The notes under the pieces were generated by a model, which saw only the letters and a list, made by a program, of their open reading frames with translations, ran no database searches and was not told the DNA's origin. Positions 31,310-41,232 of a stretch of 64,000 nucleotides of DNA are shown piece by piece (position 1 is the stretch's first letter; each line of letters opens with the position of its first letter). The DNA lies in contig JAYTOU010000023.1 in NCBI GenBank assembly GCA_043747615.1, forward strand, positions 166,697-230,696, written 5' to 3'. The translations under genes and the position numbers were made by a program. Source of the DNA: Myxococcales bacterium. GTDB lineage: Bacteria > Myxococcota_A > Polyangia > Polyangiales > Polyangiaceae.

Positions 31310-32352
31310 CCGAACCGAGCATTCAGCCGGCGATTCGGGTTCGCCACCTTTGGCATCGCTTCGGGCGCTTCGACGTCCTCCGAGACGTGAGCTTCGACGT
31401 GCAGCACGGAGAGATCTTCGGTTTCATCGGTCCGAACGGCGCGGGAAAAACCACGACTATCCGAGTCATGGCAACGCTCCTCGAGCCGCTGGCCGGGCGG
31501 GTCGAGATCGACGGGCTCGACGTGACGATCGATCCCGAGCGGGTGCGGAAGATCATCGGCTACATGCCCGATCACGCCGGTGTCTACGAGCGAGTAACGG
31601 TGCGCGAGTATCTGGAGTTCTTCGCCGACGCCTACCGCGTACCGACCGCTGGAACCAGCTATGCGGTCGTCGACGCAGTGATGGAGCTCACCGATCTCAC
31701 GAAGCTCCGCGAGAAGCTCGTGGCGACGATGTCCAAGGGAATGAAGCAACGGCTTCAGCTCGCGCGCACACTCCTCCATGATCCCAAAGTGCTCATTCTG
31801 GACGAGCCCGCGAGCGATCTCGACCCGCGTGCACGGATCGAAATTCGCGATCTTCTGGTGGAGCTTCGCTCGATGGGGAAGACGATTTTTCTCTCGAGTC
31901 ACATCCTCACGGAGCTCGCCGACGTGTGCACGTCGGTAGCGATCCTCGAGCGTGGAAGACTGATTGTCGCAGGACCGATCTCGGAGATCGCGCGCCGTCT
32001 GGAGATGAGTGGTCGCTCTGCAGCGCCGCAGCCTCCGCCCGCGGTTGGGCCCGACGGCACCGCGGCCCACGTGCCCGTGCTCCAGCCCGAGGTCCCCAAG
32101 CGCAACGTGAAGCTCCGCGTGCTCGCGCCTGGAGAAGCGGTGGCCGCCGCACTGATCGGGCTTCCTTTCGTTTACAAAGTGGCGCCTGGCCCCGGCGGCA
32201 CGGTGGTGGTGACCTACGCGGGCGACGACCAAACCGTGGCCCTCGTGGTGCGCGCGATCGTCATGGCGGGCGTACCCGTCGCCGGCGTCGAGCCCGAGAG
32301 AAATGAGCTCGAGCGGATCTTCCTCGAAGTGACGAAGGGAGAAGTGCAGTGA
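31306..32352 (+). CDS. ABC-2 type exporter ATP-binding protein
   Basis: GPNGAGKTT, MSKGMKQR, LILDEP, SSH. Confidence 0.95.
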   Translation: MTEPSIQPAIRVRHLWHRFGRFDVLRDVSFDVQHGEIFGFIGPNGAGKTTTIRVMATLLEPLAGRVEIDGLDVTIDPERVRKIIGYMPDHAGVYERVTVREYLEFFADAYRVPTAGTSYAVVDAVMELTDLTKLREKLVATMSKGMKQRLQLARTLLHDPKVLILDEPASDLDPRARIEIRDLLVELRSMGKTIFLSSHILTELADVCTSVAILERGRLIVAGPISEIARRLEMSGRSAAPQPPPAVGPDGTAAHVPVLQPEVPKRNVKLRVLAPGEAVAAALIGLPFVYKVAPGPGGTVVVTYAGDDQTVALVVRAIVMAGVPVAGVEPERNELERIFLEVTKGEVQ

Positions 32353-34055
32353 GCGCCGAAGTGTCGCCGGTGTCCCTCAGAAGCCTCCAGACGAAGCAGA
32401 CGCTCTTCGATCGCCTCTTTGCGGATCCCAACGCAATCTGGATGCGCGAGATGCGTCAATCAGCGCGGCTTGGACGCACGCCGTGGATCCTCTTCGCCCT
32501 CACCCTCACCATCTCCCTCTTGATGTGCTCCATCGGCGGGATCGCAGCGGCGGAGAACACCTCACCCGCGAACATTGGAGAAGTTCTTTTTCAAGCATTT
32601 TTCTCGGTCGCTTACTTCGTGGTGATCATCGTCGGGCCCACCGTCGCCGCCAACAGCGTCGCCTCCGAGCGAGAAGGCAAGACGTGGGAAGCCGTGCTCC
32701 TGACGGGGCTCACGCCGAAGGAAATCGCTCGCGGCAAATTCCTCGCGGCCTACACGACCATCGCGCTCTACATCGTCGTCCTCGCGCCGGTTGGTGCGCT
32801 GTCGTTTCTCTTCGGAGGGGTGACGGCGACGGAGGTGGTAGTCGCGTTCTTGTTTCTCTTCATGGTCGCCGCTCTCGGCGTTGCCTTTGGGCTCGCCGTG
32901 AGCTCGCTCATGGCCAGCTTGCGCGGGGCAATCGTAGTCACCCTCATGCTCGCGATCTGCATCGGGCCAACGCTTTATTCGATCTTCGGGTTCGGCTGCT
33001 CGTTCGCCATGCACAAAGTCTGGAACGAAGTGCCCGAAGCGTTTCCGATCTGGCTTCCCCTCGCCTACTCGCGCGCCAGCTTCGGTGCCGAATATTTCGC
33101 GTTGCTCATCGCCCTTCCGATTTTGCTGATCATCGTTCCGGCCTGGTTTCTCTACGAGGCCACGATCTCCAACCTAACCGGCGAGGCGGACGATCGCTCG
33201 AGCGGGCTGAAGCGCTGGTTCTTGGTCTCGACTCCCCTCGTAGCGATGGCGTGTGCGGTCCCGAGCTTGATCGCCGAGGTCGACGACGACCGGAGTGGCT
33301 GGGCGATCGCCGGAGTCTCGGCCTTCGGCACCTACGCAACCTTCTGCGCGCTTCTGTTCGCGTTCGAGCCGGCCGGTCCCTCCCGTCGCGTGCGCGTACA
33401 CTGGGAGCGAACCGGTGCGGGCGCGCTGAAGCGTTTCTTTGGCCCCGGACTGATGAAGTCATCGATCCTCGTCGCGGTGCTCGGATTTCTCGGGATGATT
33501 GCCATAGCCGCCATCGACGCCGTCTTCCTCGAAGCGCTCGGCACGACCGCTTCCAAAGAGATGCACCTCGAGCAGATCTTCGTCTACACGGCGTACGCCT
33601 CGCTCTTCTTCGTCTTCGTCACCGGTCTCACAGCCTGGTTCCGCGCGCGAAATAATTCGCCATGGGTGTCGCGGCTCATCGCCTCGGCGATACTCATTTT
33701 GATAGCCGCGGGGCCGTGGGTGGTCGCGGCGATCGGCGGCGCCCTCGTCAACACGCACGACAAGGACTGGCTGGTCATTGCCTCTCCAAGCCCGTTTTTC
33801 GCATTCACCATGGTGGGCTGGCTCGACCGCGCTTCGACCGAGACGGCTCCGGTCATCGCGTGCGGTCTTGGCTGCGCGATGATCTGGGGCTTCGTCGGAA
33901 TCGGTCTGCTGATCGGCTCGGCAAGGCGCTGCGCACGCACCGTCCGGGTGCACGACGGAGCGATCGCGCAGGCCGAGGCCGCGCTCCTCGCGGAGGACGA
34001 AGCCGGTGCGGCGACTGAGCACGTTGAAGCCGGTGCGGCGACTGAGCCCACCTGA
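32349..34055 (+). CDS. ABC-2 type exporter permease
   Basis: NAIWMREMR, SEREGKTWE..LLT.L..GK; many TMs. Confidence 0.88.
   Translation: MSAEVSPVSLRSLQTKQTLFDRLFADPNAIWMREMRQSARLGRTPWILFALTLTISLLMCSIGGIAAAENTSPANIGEVLFQAFFSVAYFVVIIVGPTVAANSVASEREGKTWEAVLLTGLTPKEIARGKFLAAYTTIALYIVVLAPVGALSFLFGGVTATEVVVAFLFLFMVAALGVAFGLAVSSLMASLRGAIVVTLMLAICIGPTLYSIFGFGCSFAMHKVWNEVPEAFPIWLPLAYSRASFGAEYFALLIALPILLIIVPAWFLYEATISNLTGEADDRSSGLKRWFLVSTPLVAMACAVPSLIAEVDDDRSGWAIAGVSAFGTYATFCALLFAFEPAGPSRRVRVHWERTGAGALKRFFGPGLMKSSILVAVLGFLGMIAIAAIDAVFLEALGTTASKEMHLEQIFVYTAYASLFFVFVTGLTAWFRARNNSPWVSRLIASAILILIAAGPWVVAAIGGALVNTHDKDWLVIASPSPFFAFTMVGWLDRASTETAPVIACGLGCAMIWGFVGIGLLIGSARRCARTVRVHDGAIAQAEAALLAEDEAGAATEHVEAGAATEPT
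33999..34047 (+). repeat. 22-bp direct repeat, 27-bp period (EAGAATE x2)
   Basis: gaagccggtgcggcgactgagc at 33999-34020 and 34026-34047. Confidence 0.85.
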
Positions 34056-34057
34056 CG

Positions 34058-34933
34058 ATGGCGTCGTCTCTCCTCGATCCTGCGTTCGCACGAGAGCTCG
34101 AGGCGCTCCGTCGTCGGATGGAAGTACGCGCCCGCTCCGGGGCCGGTGGGGATCACGTCGCCAAGCGGCGCGGCGGCAGCGCGGAGTTTCTCGAGCACCG
34201 ACCCTACTCGCCTGGTGACGATCTGCGACGCATCGACTGGCTGGCCTTCGCGCGCACGGGGGAGCCTGTTTTCAAGCTTTTTCACGCGGAAGAAGACGTC
34301 ATCGTTCGCCTCGTCGTCGACGCCAGCGCGTCGCTCGAGGTCGGCTCACCCTCCAAGCTCTCGTGTGCGAAGCGCCTGGCCGCGAGCGTTGCGTACATGT
34401 CGCTCGCCGAGTCGGAGAGGGCGCAAGTGATCGCCGCGAGCGAGGGCATCGATCGCATCACCGAGCCGTCGCGCGGCAGAGCGTCGCTCCCAAAGATCCT
34501 CCGCGAGCTCGATCTGATCGCTGCCAAAGGCAGGACTGATCTCGCCAATGTGATCGATGCGGTGCTCCTTCGCGCACGTCGTCCAGGGATGCTCGTGGTG
34601 ATCAGCGATTTTCTGGATCCTGGTCCGTTTGAAGCTGCGCTCACCCGGGCGGCATCGGCCGGGCACGATCTTGCGCTGGTGCAGATCCTCTCCGGTGAGG
34701 AGCTGAATCCGGACCTCGAGGGCGACCTGGCGTTCGAAGACGCGGAGACCGGCAACATCGTCGAGGTGACGGTGGACGGGCGCGCCATAAACGCCTACCT
34801 GGCGAGGCTGAACGGCCTATTTTTCACGCTCCGATCACTCGCCAAGCGGCATCGCGCCACGTACGTGCGCACCTCGAACGCGGAGCCGACGATCGCAGCC
34901 GTGAGGCGCTTCGTGGCGAGGGCGGTCGACTGA
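34058..34933 (+). CDS. DUF58 domain protein
   Basis: EF.EHRPY.PGDDLRRIDW..FAR, DASAS, VISDF. Confidence 0.92.
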   Translation: MASSLLDPAFARELEALRRRMEVRARSGAGGDHVAKRRGGSAEFLEHRPYSPGDDLRRIDWLAFARTGEPVFKLFHAEEDVIVRLVVDASASLEVGSPSKLSCAKRLAASVAYMSLAESERAQVIAASEGIDRITEPSRGRASLPKILRELDLIAAKGRTDLANVIDAVLLRARRPGMLVVISDFLDPGPFEAALTRAASAGHDLALVQILSGEELNPDLEGDLAFEDAETGNIVEVTVDGRAINAYLARLNGLFFTLRSLAKRHRATYVRTSNAEPTIAAVRRFVARAVD

Positions 34934-34934
34934 C

Positions 34935-37900
34935 ATGGAGCTCTTGAACGCGCGAGGCCTGTGGCTGCTCGCGGGCGCGGCGCCGCTCGTGCTCTTTTAC
35001 ATCTTGAAGATCAAGCGCCAGCGCGTGCGTGTTGCCTCGACGTGGCTGTGGGCCGCGGCTCAGCGCGATCTGCTCGCCAAGCAACCCTTCAAGAAGCTCG
35101 TCGCGGAGCTCCCGTTGCTCCTCCAGTTGCTGGCGCTCGCCGCGCTCGCCATGGCCTTGGCGCGCCCAGCCGTGCGTGGACAGAAGATCGCGGGAGACCA
35201 CGTCGCGGTGGTGATCGACACGAGCGCGTCGATGGGCACTCTGTCACACGTCGATGGAAAGCCTTCGACACGCATGCTCGACGCCCAGCGTGCAGCCATC
35301 GACGTCGTTGGTTCCCTGGAGCCCGGGGCGGACGCGATCGTCATCGAGGGCAGCCGCGAGGCGCGCATCGTGTCTCCCCTCGAGCGAGACACGCCACACT
35401 TGAAAACAGCCATTTCCGCGCTCGCAGTGCGAGAGGTGGAAGGGGATCTCGCCGCTGCCGTGGCTCTCGCGGTCGATCGCCTGCGAACGCTTGGCGGGCG
35501 GCGGCGGATCATCGTGGTCACCGACGGCGCCCTCGCGCACGAGACTCCGCTCACCACTTCGGGGATCGACACGCAGGTGGTGACGGTGGGCGACGCGGAA
35601 GACAACGCGGGCATCGTGCGCGTCGACGTGCGTGCTGGGATTGATCCCACAACCCATCGCGATCAAGCGCAGGTCTTCGTGATGGTCGAGAACTACGCCG
35701 CCAAGCCTCGCGACGCATTCGTCACCCTCACCATCGAAGGACACCCCGATCCCGTGGCCTCACGCCGCGTACTCCTCGCGCCGAACGAGAAGACGCCCGT
35801 CGTCGTCACTTTCGAACCGAACCTCCGCGATCAAGGCGCCCCTCTCACCGTCCAGCTTTCGCCGGGCGACGCGCTCTCGATCGACGACGCGGCTTACGGA
35901 CGCGTTCCGGCTGGCCACAAGATGCCGGTCGTACTCGTGACGCGTGCGTCGTATTCGTGGATGGCGCGCGCGCTCGACTCTGACCGAGACGTGGATCTCC
36001 AGCGACTGGCACCCGAGCAGCTCGCGACCGTGAACATCGATCCGGACGCCTTGATAATCCTCGAGGGCGTTTGCCCGGAGGTGGTACCGGGGCACGACGT
36101 CGTGTTCCTCGCGCCACCGGTGGGGACGTGCGCGGGGATCGACGTCGCCGCGGCCGTAGAGCAGCCTCAGCTCACGTCGTGGGAGGCGGGCGATCCGCGC
36201 TTACGATTCTTGACGCTCGATGGAGTGCATGTGTCGCGAGGCTCGCCCCTGCGGGCGGAAGGCGCGGGAGGGTCGCTCGTGCGCGCGGGCAAGTCCACCT
36301 TGATCGCGGACGCCTCTCTCCCTGGCCGCACGGTAACGGTGATTGGCTTCGACGTTGGCGACAGCGATTGGCCTCTCAAGGCGTCGTTCGTTCTCTTCGT
36401 GCGGAACCTCGTCGAGATGTCGAAGCTCCATCGCGCGCAAGGAACGACAGGTCCGGTAAAGACGGGCGACCCTTTGCGGATCGCGCTACCGAACGGCGTG
36501 ACCTCCGTGCGTGTGGAGAGCCCGAATGCTCCGTCCGGCGCGCCGGTCGATCGCGAGGTCGCCGCGAAGGGAGGCTTCGTCATTCTTCCGGCCCTCGAAA
36601 AGGCTGGTTTTTACCGCCTACGGTGGACAGCGCCTCACCTCGGAAATGTTCTCGTTGCGGCAAATCTCACGAGTGAGAGGGAGAGCGACGTTCGCCCTCG
36701 GCCCGTGAAGTGGGATTCGAGTGGGGCTACGGCGCTACGCACGGGTCGCGTCGCCGACTCCCATCAGGAGTGGGGACAGTGGCTCGCGCTCTTCGCCGCG
36801 GCGGTCATTGCCTTCGATATTTATTGGCTTACACGACGAACGCGCGCCTTGTCGTCACGCTCCGAGCCGCCGACGAAACGCGGCTGGGGCACCTACGTCG
36901 TGGGGGCGCTCTTCTTCGCCCCGCTCGCATACGCAAGCCTCGCTCGCGCGGGTGTGCTCAAGGAAACGTACGTTCGATTCAACAACGAGGCGGCGCTCGC
37001 ATTCGTCGGTGCCGCGGGCGTCTTCGTCCTGTGGCGCTTCTCGATGCTACCTGGCCGCATGAGCGCAACCCGACGCGCACTCGTGATCGCCTTCTCGTCT
37101 CTCGCCGTCCTCGCCGCGGCCATCGCCGTTGCCGCACCGGAGCTCGGTCATCCCCTCGATCGACTCACGCTGATCCTGACGGTCGATCGCTCGCGCTCGA
37201 CGGACCTCGTTCCGCGCGCTGAAGCTCGTATCGCCACCGAGCTGAAACTGGCTGAAAAAAGCATGCGAGATGACGATCGGATCGGTGTCGTGGTGTTCGG
37301 CGCCGAGGCAGCCACCGAGGACCCGCCGCGTCCAAAGAGCGACCTTCCGCCCCCACAGCGCGTGGAGATCGGGCGCGATGGGACCGACGTGGAAGCCGCG
37401 ATCCGGCGTGCGCTCGCCGAGCTGCCGGCTGACACCGCCGGACGCGTCGTGCTGATCAGCGATGGCGTGCAGACCCGAGGCGACGCGCTGGGAGCAGCGG
37501 CAGCCGCAGTGGCCGCGGACGTACCCGTCGACGTAGTCATCCTCGAGCAGAAGGTCTTCGCCAACGTTCGGGTGGTGAGCGTGCGCACTCCGACCCGAGC
37601 CAACGAGGGAGAGCCGCTCGATCTTCGCGTGGTGACGTCGAGCGCGGTCCCCACCGAAGTCGAAGTGCGCATCAAGCGCGACGGCGAGGTGATTCACACC
37701 GGACGCGCGAAAATTGCGGCGGGCGAAGACGTACTTCGCTTGCGAGAGATGGCGAACGAGCCTGGCCTCCATCGCTACGACGTGGAAGTGACCGCTCTCG
37801 ATGCCAAGGCTGACGGTTCCCCCGAGGACAACGCAGGGAGCGCGTTCGTCCGCGTGCGTGGTCCGTCGCTCGCGCTCGTGCTCGAGGGCGACGTTGGAAA

Positions 37901-39851
37901 AGGCGCGCCTCTCGTGAGCGCGCTCGAGGCCAACGGATTCAAGGTGATCGAGCGATCGACGACCGGTGTGCCGGCGGACGTGGGCGGTCTCGCAGGATTC
38001 GATCTGGTCGTCCTCAGCGATGTTCGGGCGAGCGATCTCGCGACGTCACAGATCGACGCCCTCGCCAGTTACACGAAGGACCTCGGCGGTGGCCTTCTTC
38101 TGATGGGTGGAGATCGCTCGATGGGCCCTGGCGGCTATGCGCGGACGCCGATCGAAGAGGTCTCGCCGGTAGCTTTCGATCTCAAAGAGGAGAAGCGGCG
38201 CGCATCCCTCGCGGAGGTGATCGCGATCGATATCTCGGGCTCGATGGGAATGACCGTGGGAGGTCAGACGAAGCTTGCCCTCGCAAACGAGGCCGCAGCG
38301 AAGAGCGCATCTCTTCTCGGCGCCGGAGACCGCCTGGGCGTCGAGCACGTGGACACCGTAGTGAAGTGGACGGTGCCGATCGGCCCGGTCGTCGACGTCA
38401 ACGCCATCGCTGCAAAAATACGCGCGGTCGGCGTGGGCGGAGGCGGCATCTACACGGACATCTCGCTGCGCGCGGCGTACGGCGCGCTGGAAAACGAGAA
38501 GGTGAATTTGAAGCACCTCCTTCTCTTCGCCGACGGAGACGACGCCGAGCAGATCGCAGGGTGCCGTGCTCTCGTGAAAGGAGGCTTGGACAAGGGGATC
38601 ACGACCAGCGTCATCTCGCTCGGGCGCGGCCACGACACCCCCGAGCTCGAGGTGCTCTCCAAGATCGGCAACGGGCGTTTCTACTTGATCGACGATGCGA
38701 CGAAGCTTCCCGCCGTCTTCACTCAGGAGACCATCCTCGCATCGAAGGGGGCCATCCACGAGGACCCATTCAAGATCTCGATGGGCGCGCCGCTCCCCGC
38801 CACACGCGCCGTAAACTTCGCAGAAGCACCCGAGCTCCGCGGGTACGTGACGACCGTTGCCAAGCCGCGCGCGACCGTCGGGCTCGTCGGCCCCGAGGGA
38901 GATCCTATTCTCGCCACGTGGTCCGTGGGCATCGGACGCGCGAGCGCATTCACGAGCGACTTCAAGGATCGCTGGGGCAGCGCGTGGCTTCGCTGGCCCG
39001 GAGCTGTTAAAATGTTTGGCCAGCTCGCGCGTGATACCGCCAGAAAATCTGATGATCCGCGGGTGCGACTGGAGAGCGATGCCTCAGGCGGTTCGCTTCA
39101 CGTGCGGGCCGACGTGGTGGGTGACGACGGACGGGCACAGACCTTCCGGCGCCTCACCGTGCACGTCGCGGGGCCCGATGGATTTTCGCGGGACGTCGCG
39201 CTCGAAGCCGTCGGCGCTGGACAGTACGCATCGTCGATTCCCCTTTCGCGACCGGGGACGTACGTGGCAACGGCGAAGGACGAGGTCTCGAACGAGGCGG
39301 TGGGGACCACGGGCGCTTTCCTCACTGCGGGTGAAGAGCTTCGTCCAACGGGAAGCGATCGCACCCTGCTCACGCGGGTAGCGACGATCACCGGCGGAAA
39401 AGCTCGCGATACGCTCGCTGGCATTTACGACGATCGCGCGGCGCGGCGCTTTGCTTACACGCCCCTTGCGGCATCGCTCCTTCTCTTCGCAGGGGTGGCG
39501 ATGATCCTCGGCGTGGGGGCGAGGCGCTTGGCGGTTCCGGCTTTCATCGCCGCGTCGACGGCGCGCTTCGAAGCGTTCGGGGCACGCTCCCGAAAGTCGC
39601 GCGAGGAGCGCGCGCGATCGCGCCTCTCTTCGGAGCAACGTGCCGGCGAGCTCGAGCGACTCGGTGCCCTGGTCGCGAAACAGCGGGCGGCGAGCACGGG
39701 CGCCCCTCGTTCACTCGGGAGCTTCGATGCTCGTTCTCCTGCGCCTCTCACTGGACACCGGGCCGTCCCCCCATCGCCGTCCACGCAGCCTACCGAACGA
39801 ACGCTCACGGCCGCCGAGCTGCTCGCAAAAAAGCGCCGTGAACGCCGCTGA
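34935..39851 (+). CDS. BatA-N / triple-VWA / GATase-like fusion membrane protein (1638 aa)
   Basis: BatA-like N-term (LVLFYILK...LLLQLL..LARP); MIDAS motifs DTSAS, DRSRS, DISGS; GGGLLLMGGDRSMGPGGY; internal and C-terminal TMs. Confidence 0.85.
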   Translation: MELLNARGLWLLAGAAPLVLFYILKIKRQRVRVASTWLWAAAQRDLLAKQPFKKLVAELPLLLQLLALAALAMALARPAVRGQKIAGDHVAVVIDTSASMGTLSHVDGKPSTRMLDAQRAAIDVVGSLEPGADAIVIEGSREARIVSPLERDTPHLKTAISALAVREVEGDLAAAVALAVDRLRTLGGRRRIIVVTDGALAHETPLTTSGIDTQVVTVGDAEDNAGIVRVDVRAGIDPTTHRDQAQVFVMVENYAAKPRDAFVTLTIEGHPDPVASRRVLLAPNEKTPVVVTFEPNLRDQGAPLTVQLSPGDALSIDDAAYGRVPAGHKMPVVLVTRASYSWMARALDSDRDVDLQRLAPEQLATVNIDPDALIILEGVCPEVVPGHDVVFLAPPVGTCAGIDVAAAVEQPQLTSWEAGDPRLRFLTLDGVHVSRGSPLRAEGAGGSLVRAGKSTLIADASLPGRTVTVIGFDVGDSDWPLKASFVLFVRNLVEMSKLHRAQGTTGPVKTGDPLRIALPNGVTSVRVESPNAPSGAPVDREVAAKGGFVILPALEKAGFYRLRWTAPHLGNVLVAANLTSERESDVRPRPVKWDSSGATALRTGRVADSHQEWGQWLALFAAAVIAFDIYWLTRRTRALSSRSEPPTKRGWGTYVVGALFFAPLAYASLARAGVLKETYVRFNNEAALAFVGAAGVFVLWRFSMLPGRMSATRRALVIAFSSLAVLAAAIAVAAPELGHPLDRLTLILTVDRSRSTDLVPRAEARIATELKLAEKSMRDDDRIGVVVFGAEAATEDPPRPKSDLPPPQRVEIGRDGTDVEAAIRRALAELPADTAGRVVLISDGVQTRGDALGAAAAAVAADVPVDVVILEQKVFANVRVVSVRTPTRANEGEPLDLRVVTSSAVPTEVEVRIKRDGEVIHTGRAKIAAGEDVLRLREMANEPGLHRYDVEVTALDAKADGSPEDNAGSAFVRVRGPSLALVLEGDVGKGAPLVSALEANGFKVIERSTTGVPADVGGLAGFDLVVLSDVRASDLATSQIDALASYTKDLGGGLLLMGGDRSMGPGGYARTPIEEVSPVAFDLKEEKRRASLAEVIAIDISGSMGMTVGGQTKLALANEAAAKSASLLGAGDRLGVEHVDTVVKWTVPIGPVVDVNAIAAKIRAVGVGGGGIYTDISLRAAYGALENEKVNLKHLLLFADGDDAEQIAGCRALVKGGLDKGITTSVISLGRGHDTPELEVLSKIGNGRFYLIDDATKLPAVFTQETILASKGAIHEDPFKISMGAPLPATRAVNFAEAPELRGYVTTVAKPRATVGLVGPEGDPILATWSVGIGRASAFTSDFKDRWGSAWLRWPGAVKMFGQLARDTARKSDDPRVRLESDASGGSLHVRADVVGDDGRAQTFRRLTVHVAGPDGFSRDVALEAVGAGQYASSIPLSRPGTYVATAKDEVSNEAVGTTGAFLTAGEELRPTGSDRTLLTRVATITGGKARDTLAGIYDDRAARRFAYTPLAASLLLFAGVAMILGVGARRLAVPAFIAASTARFEAFGARSRKSREERARSRLSSEQRAGELERLGALVAKQRAASTGAPRSLGSFDARSPAPLTGHRAVPPSPSTQPTERTLTAAELLAKKRRERR

Positions 39852-39900
39852 CATTTGCTCTCGAGCGCTGCGCCCGCAGGGGGGAACGACGATCAAATCG

Positions 39901-41229
39901 TTAGCGCGCTAGGACGAAAACCAACGCTAGGCCGCCGCCGACGACCAGTGCGGCGCAACCTACGATGAGCGGGATCAACCACGCCGGGCGCGCTCCTGGC
40001 AATCCGGAGACGTCGCCTTCGTATTGATCGGCACTGGGACGCGCCGCGGCAAAGGCCTGGTCCATCCCGCGGTCGTAATTTGGTGCCGGGGCGTTCTGTG
40101 CGGAAGGTGCGGCACCATAGAGCGCGGGGGGCGGGGCGAACGGATCGACGGCGGCCTCGAGCGCGCCGACTTTTTTCTGCATCACGCGCGGGCGCGCCTC
40201 CGCGATCAAGCGAGCAAGCTCCGCCTGCGGTACCGTGGCCCACTGCTTGTGGTCGCCGGTGAGGCCGTAGACGTGCCCGATCGCATCGGCCAACGCTCCG
40301 ACGCTTGGCGTGCGGATGTTCGGATTTTTTGCGAGCGCTTCCTCCATCACCTCGTCCATCGCAGGCGGCGGGGGGTTCGGCTGGCCTGCCGCCTTCTTGC
40401 TCGGCGGATCCGGATCCTTCGTGAGGATCGACAGAAGAATGGAGGGGCCGTTGTTTCCGTTGAAGGGAACCGACCCCGTCATGCACTCGTAGGCGATCGC
40501 GGCCAGCGCAAAGACGTCGGCTTTTGCATCGAGGGTGTCGAGCCCCTGCGCTTGCTCAGGGGCCATGTAATAAGGCGATCCGATGGTCGTGCCGAGGACG
40601 GTGAGCTTCTTCGCGTCGCTGTTCTTGTCCTTGACCGATCCGAAATCGAGGATCTTCACCATGTCTCCTTCGCGCGTGCCGCAGAGGAAGAGGTTGTCGG
40701 GCTTGAGATCGCGATGAACGATGTTCGTGGCGTGAGCCACGTCGAGGCCGAGCGCAATTTGGGAGAGCATGCGAACGATGCGTTCGGCGGGAATGGTCTT
40801 TTCGCGCTTCGTGACGAGCCGCAGCTCCTCGCCGTCCAAGAATTCCATGGCCAGGAACCAAACGCCGAGATCAGTGTCGCGCTGAAAATCGAGCACGTGC
40901 ACGATGTAGTCGTGCGGCAGTCGAGAGCTGATCTCGTATTCGCGTTTGAAGCGCGCCAGCGCGATTTCATCTTGGGCTACGTCGTCGTGGAGGACCTTCA
41001 CCGCGATCCGGGTATCGGTCTGCTTGTCTACGCCTTCGTAGACGCGACCCATTCCGCCGTCTGCTACCACGCGACGGATCTCGTACCGGCCTCCGAGACG
41101 TGCCCCGATCCGTGCGTCGTCGTGCGGCGCAATTGGGAGCATGCTCGTGAATACGAGGCTCGTTCCATCGGCCGGACAGAAGCCTCCCTCGTTCGGGTAG
41201 ACCCGCTGGCAGGTGGGGCAGCTTTTCAC
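39901..41229 (-). CDS. Ser/Thr protein kinase with N-terminal Zn-ribbon and C-terminal TM
   Basis: CPTC...CPADG; GGMGRVY, IAVK, HRDLKPDN, DFG, APE. Confidence 0.93.
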   Translation of the reverse strand: MKSCPTCQRVYPNEGGFCPADGTSLVFTSMLPIAPHDDARIGARLGGRYEIRRVVADGGMGRVYEGVDKQTDTRIAVKVLHDDVAQDEIALARFKREYEISSRLPHDYIVHVLDFQRDTDLGVWFLAMEFLDGEELRLVTKREKTIPAERIVRMLSQIALGLDVAHATNIVHRDLKPDNLFLCGTREGDMVKILDFGSVKDKNSDAKKLTVLGTTIGSPYYMAPEQAQGLDTLDAKADVFALAAIAYECMTGSVPFNGNNGPSILLSILTKDPDPPSKKAAGQPNPPPPAMDEVMEEALAKNPNIRTPSVGALADAIGHVYGLTGDHKQWATVPQAELARLIAEARPRVMQKKVGALEAAVDPFAPPPALYGAAPSAQNAPAPNYDRGMDQAFAAARPSADQYEGDVSGLPGARPAWLIPLIVGCAALVVGGGLALVFVLAR

Positions 41230-41232
41230 GAG

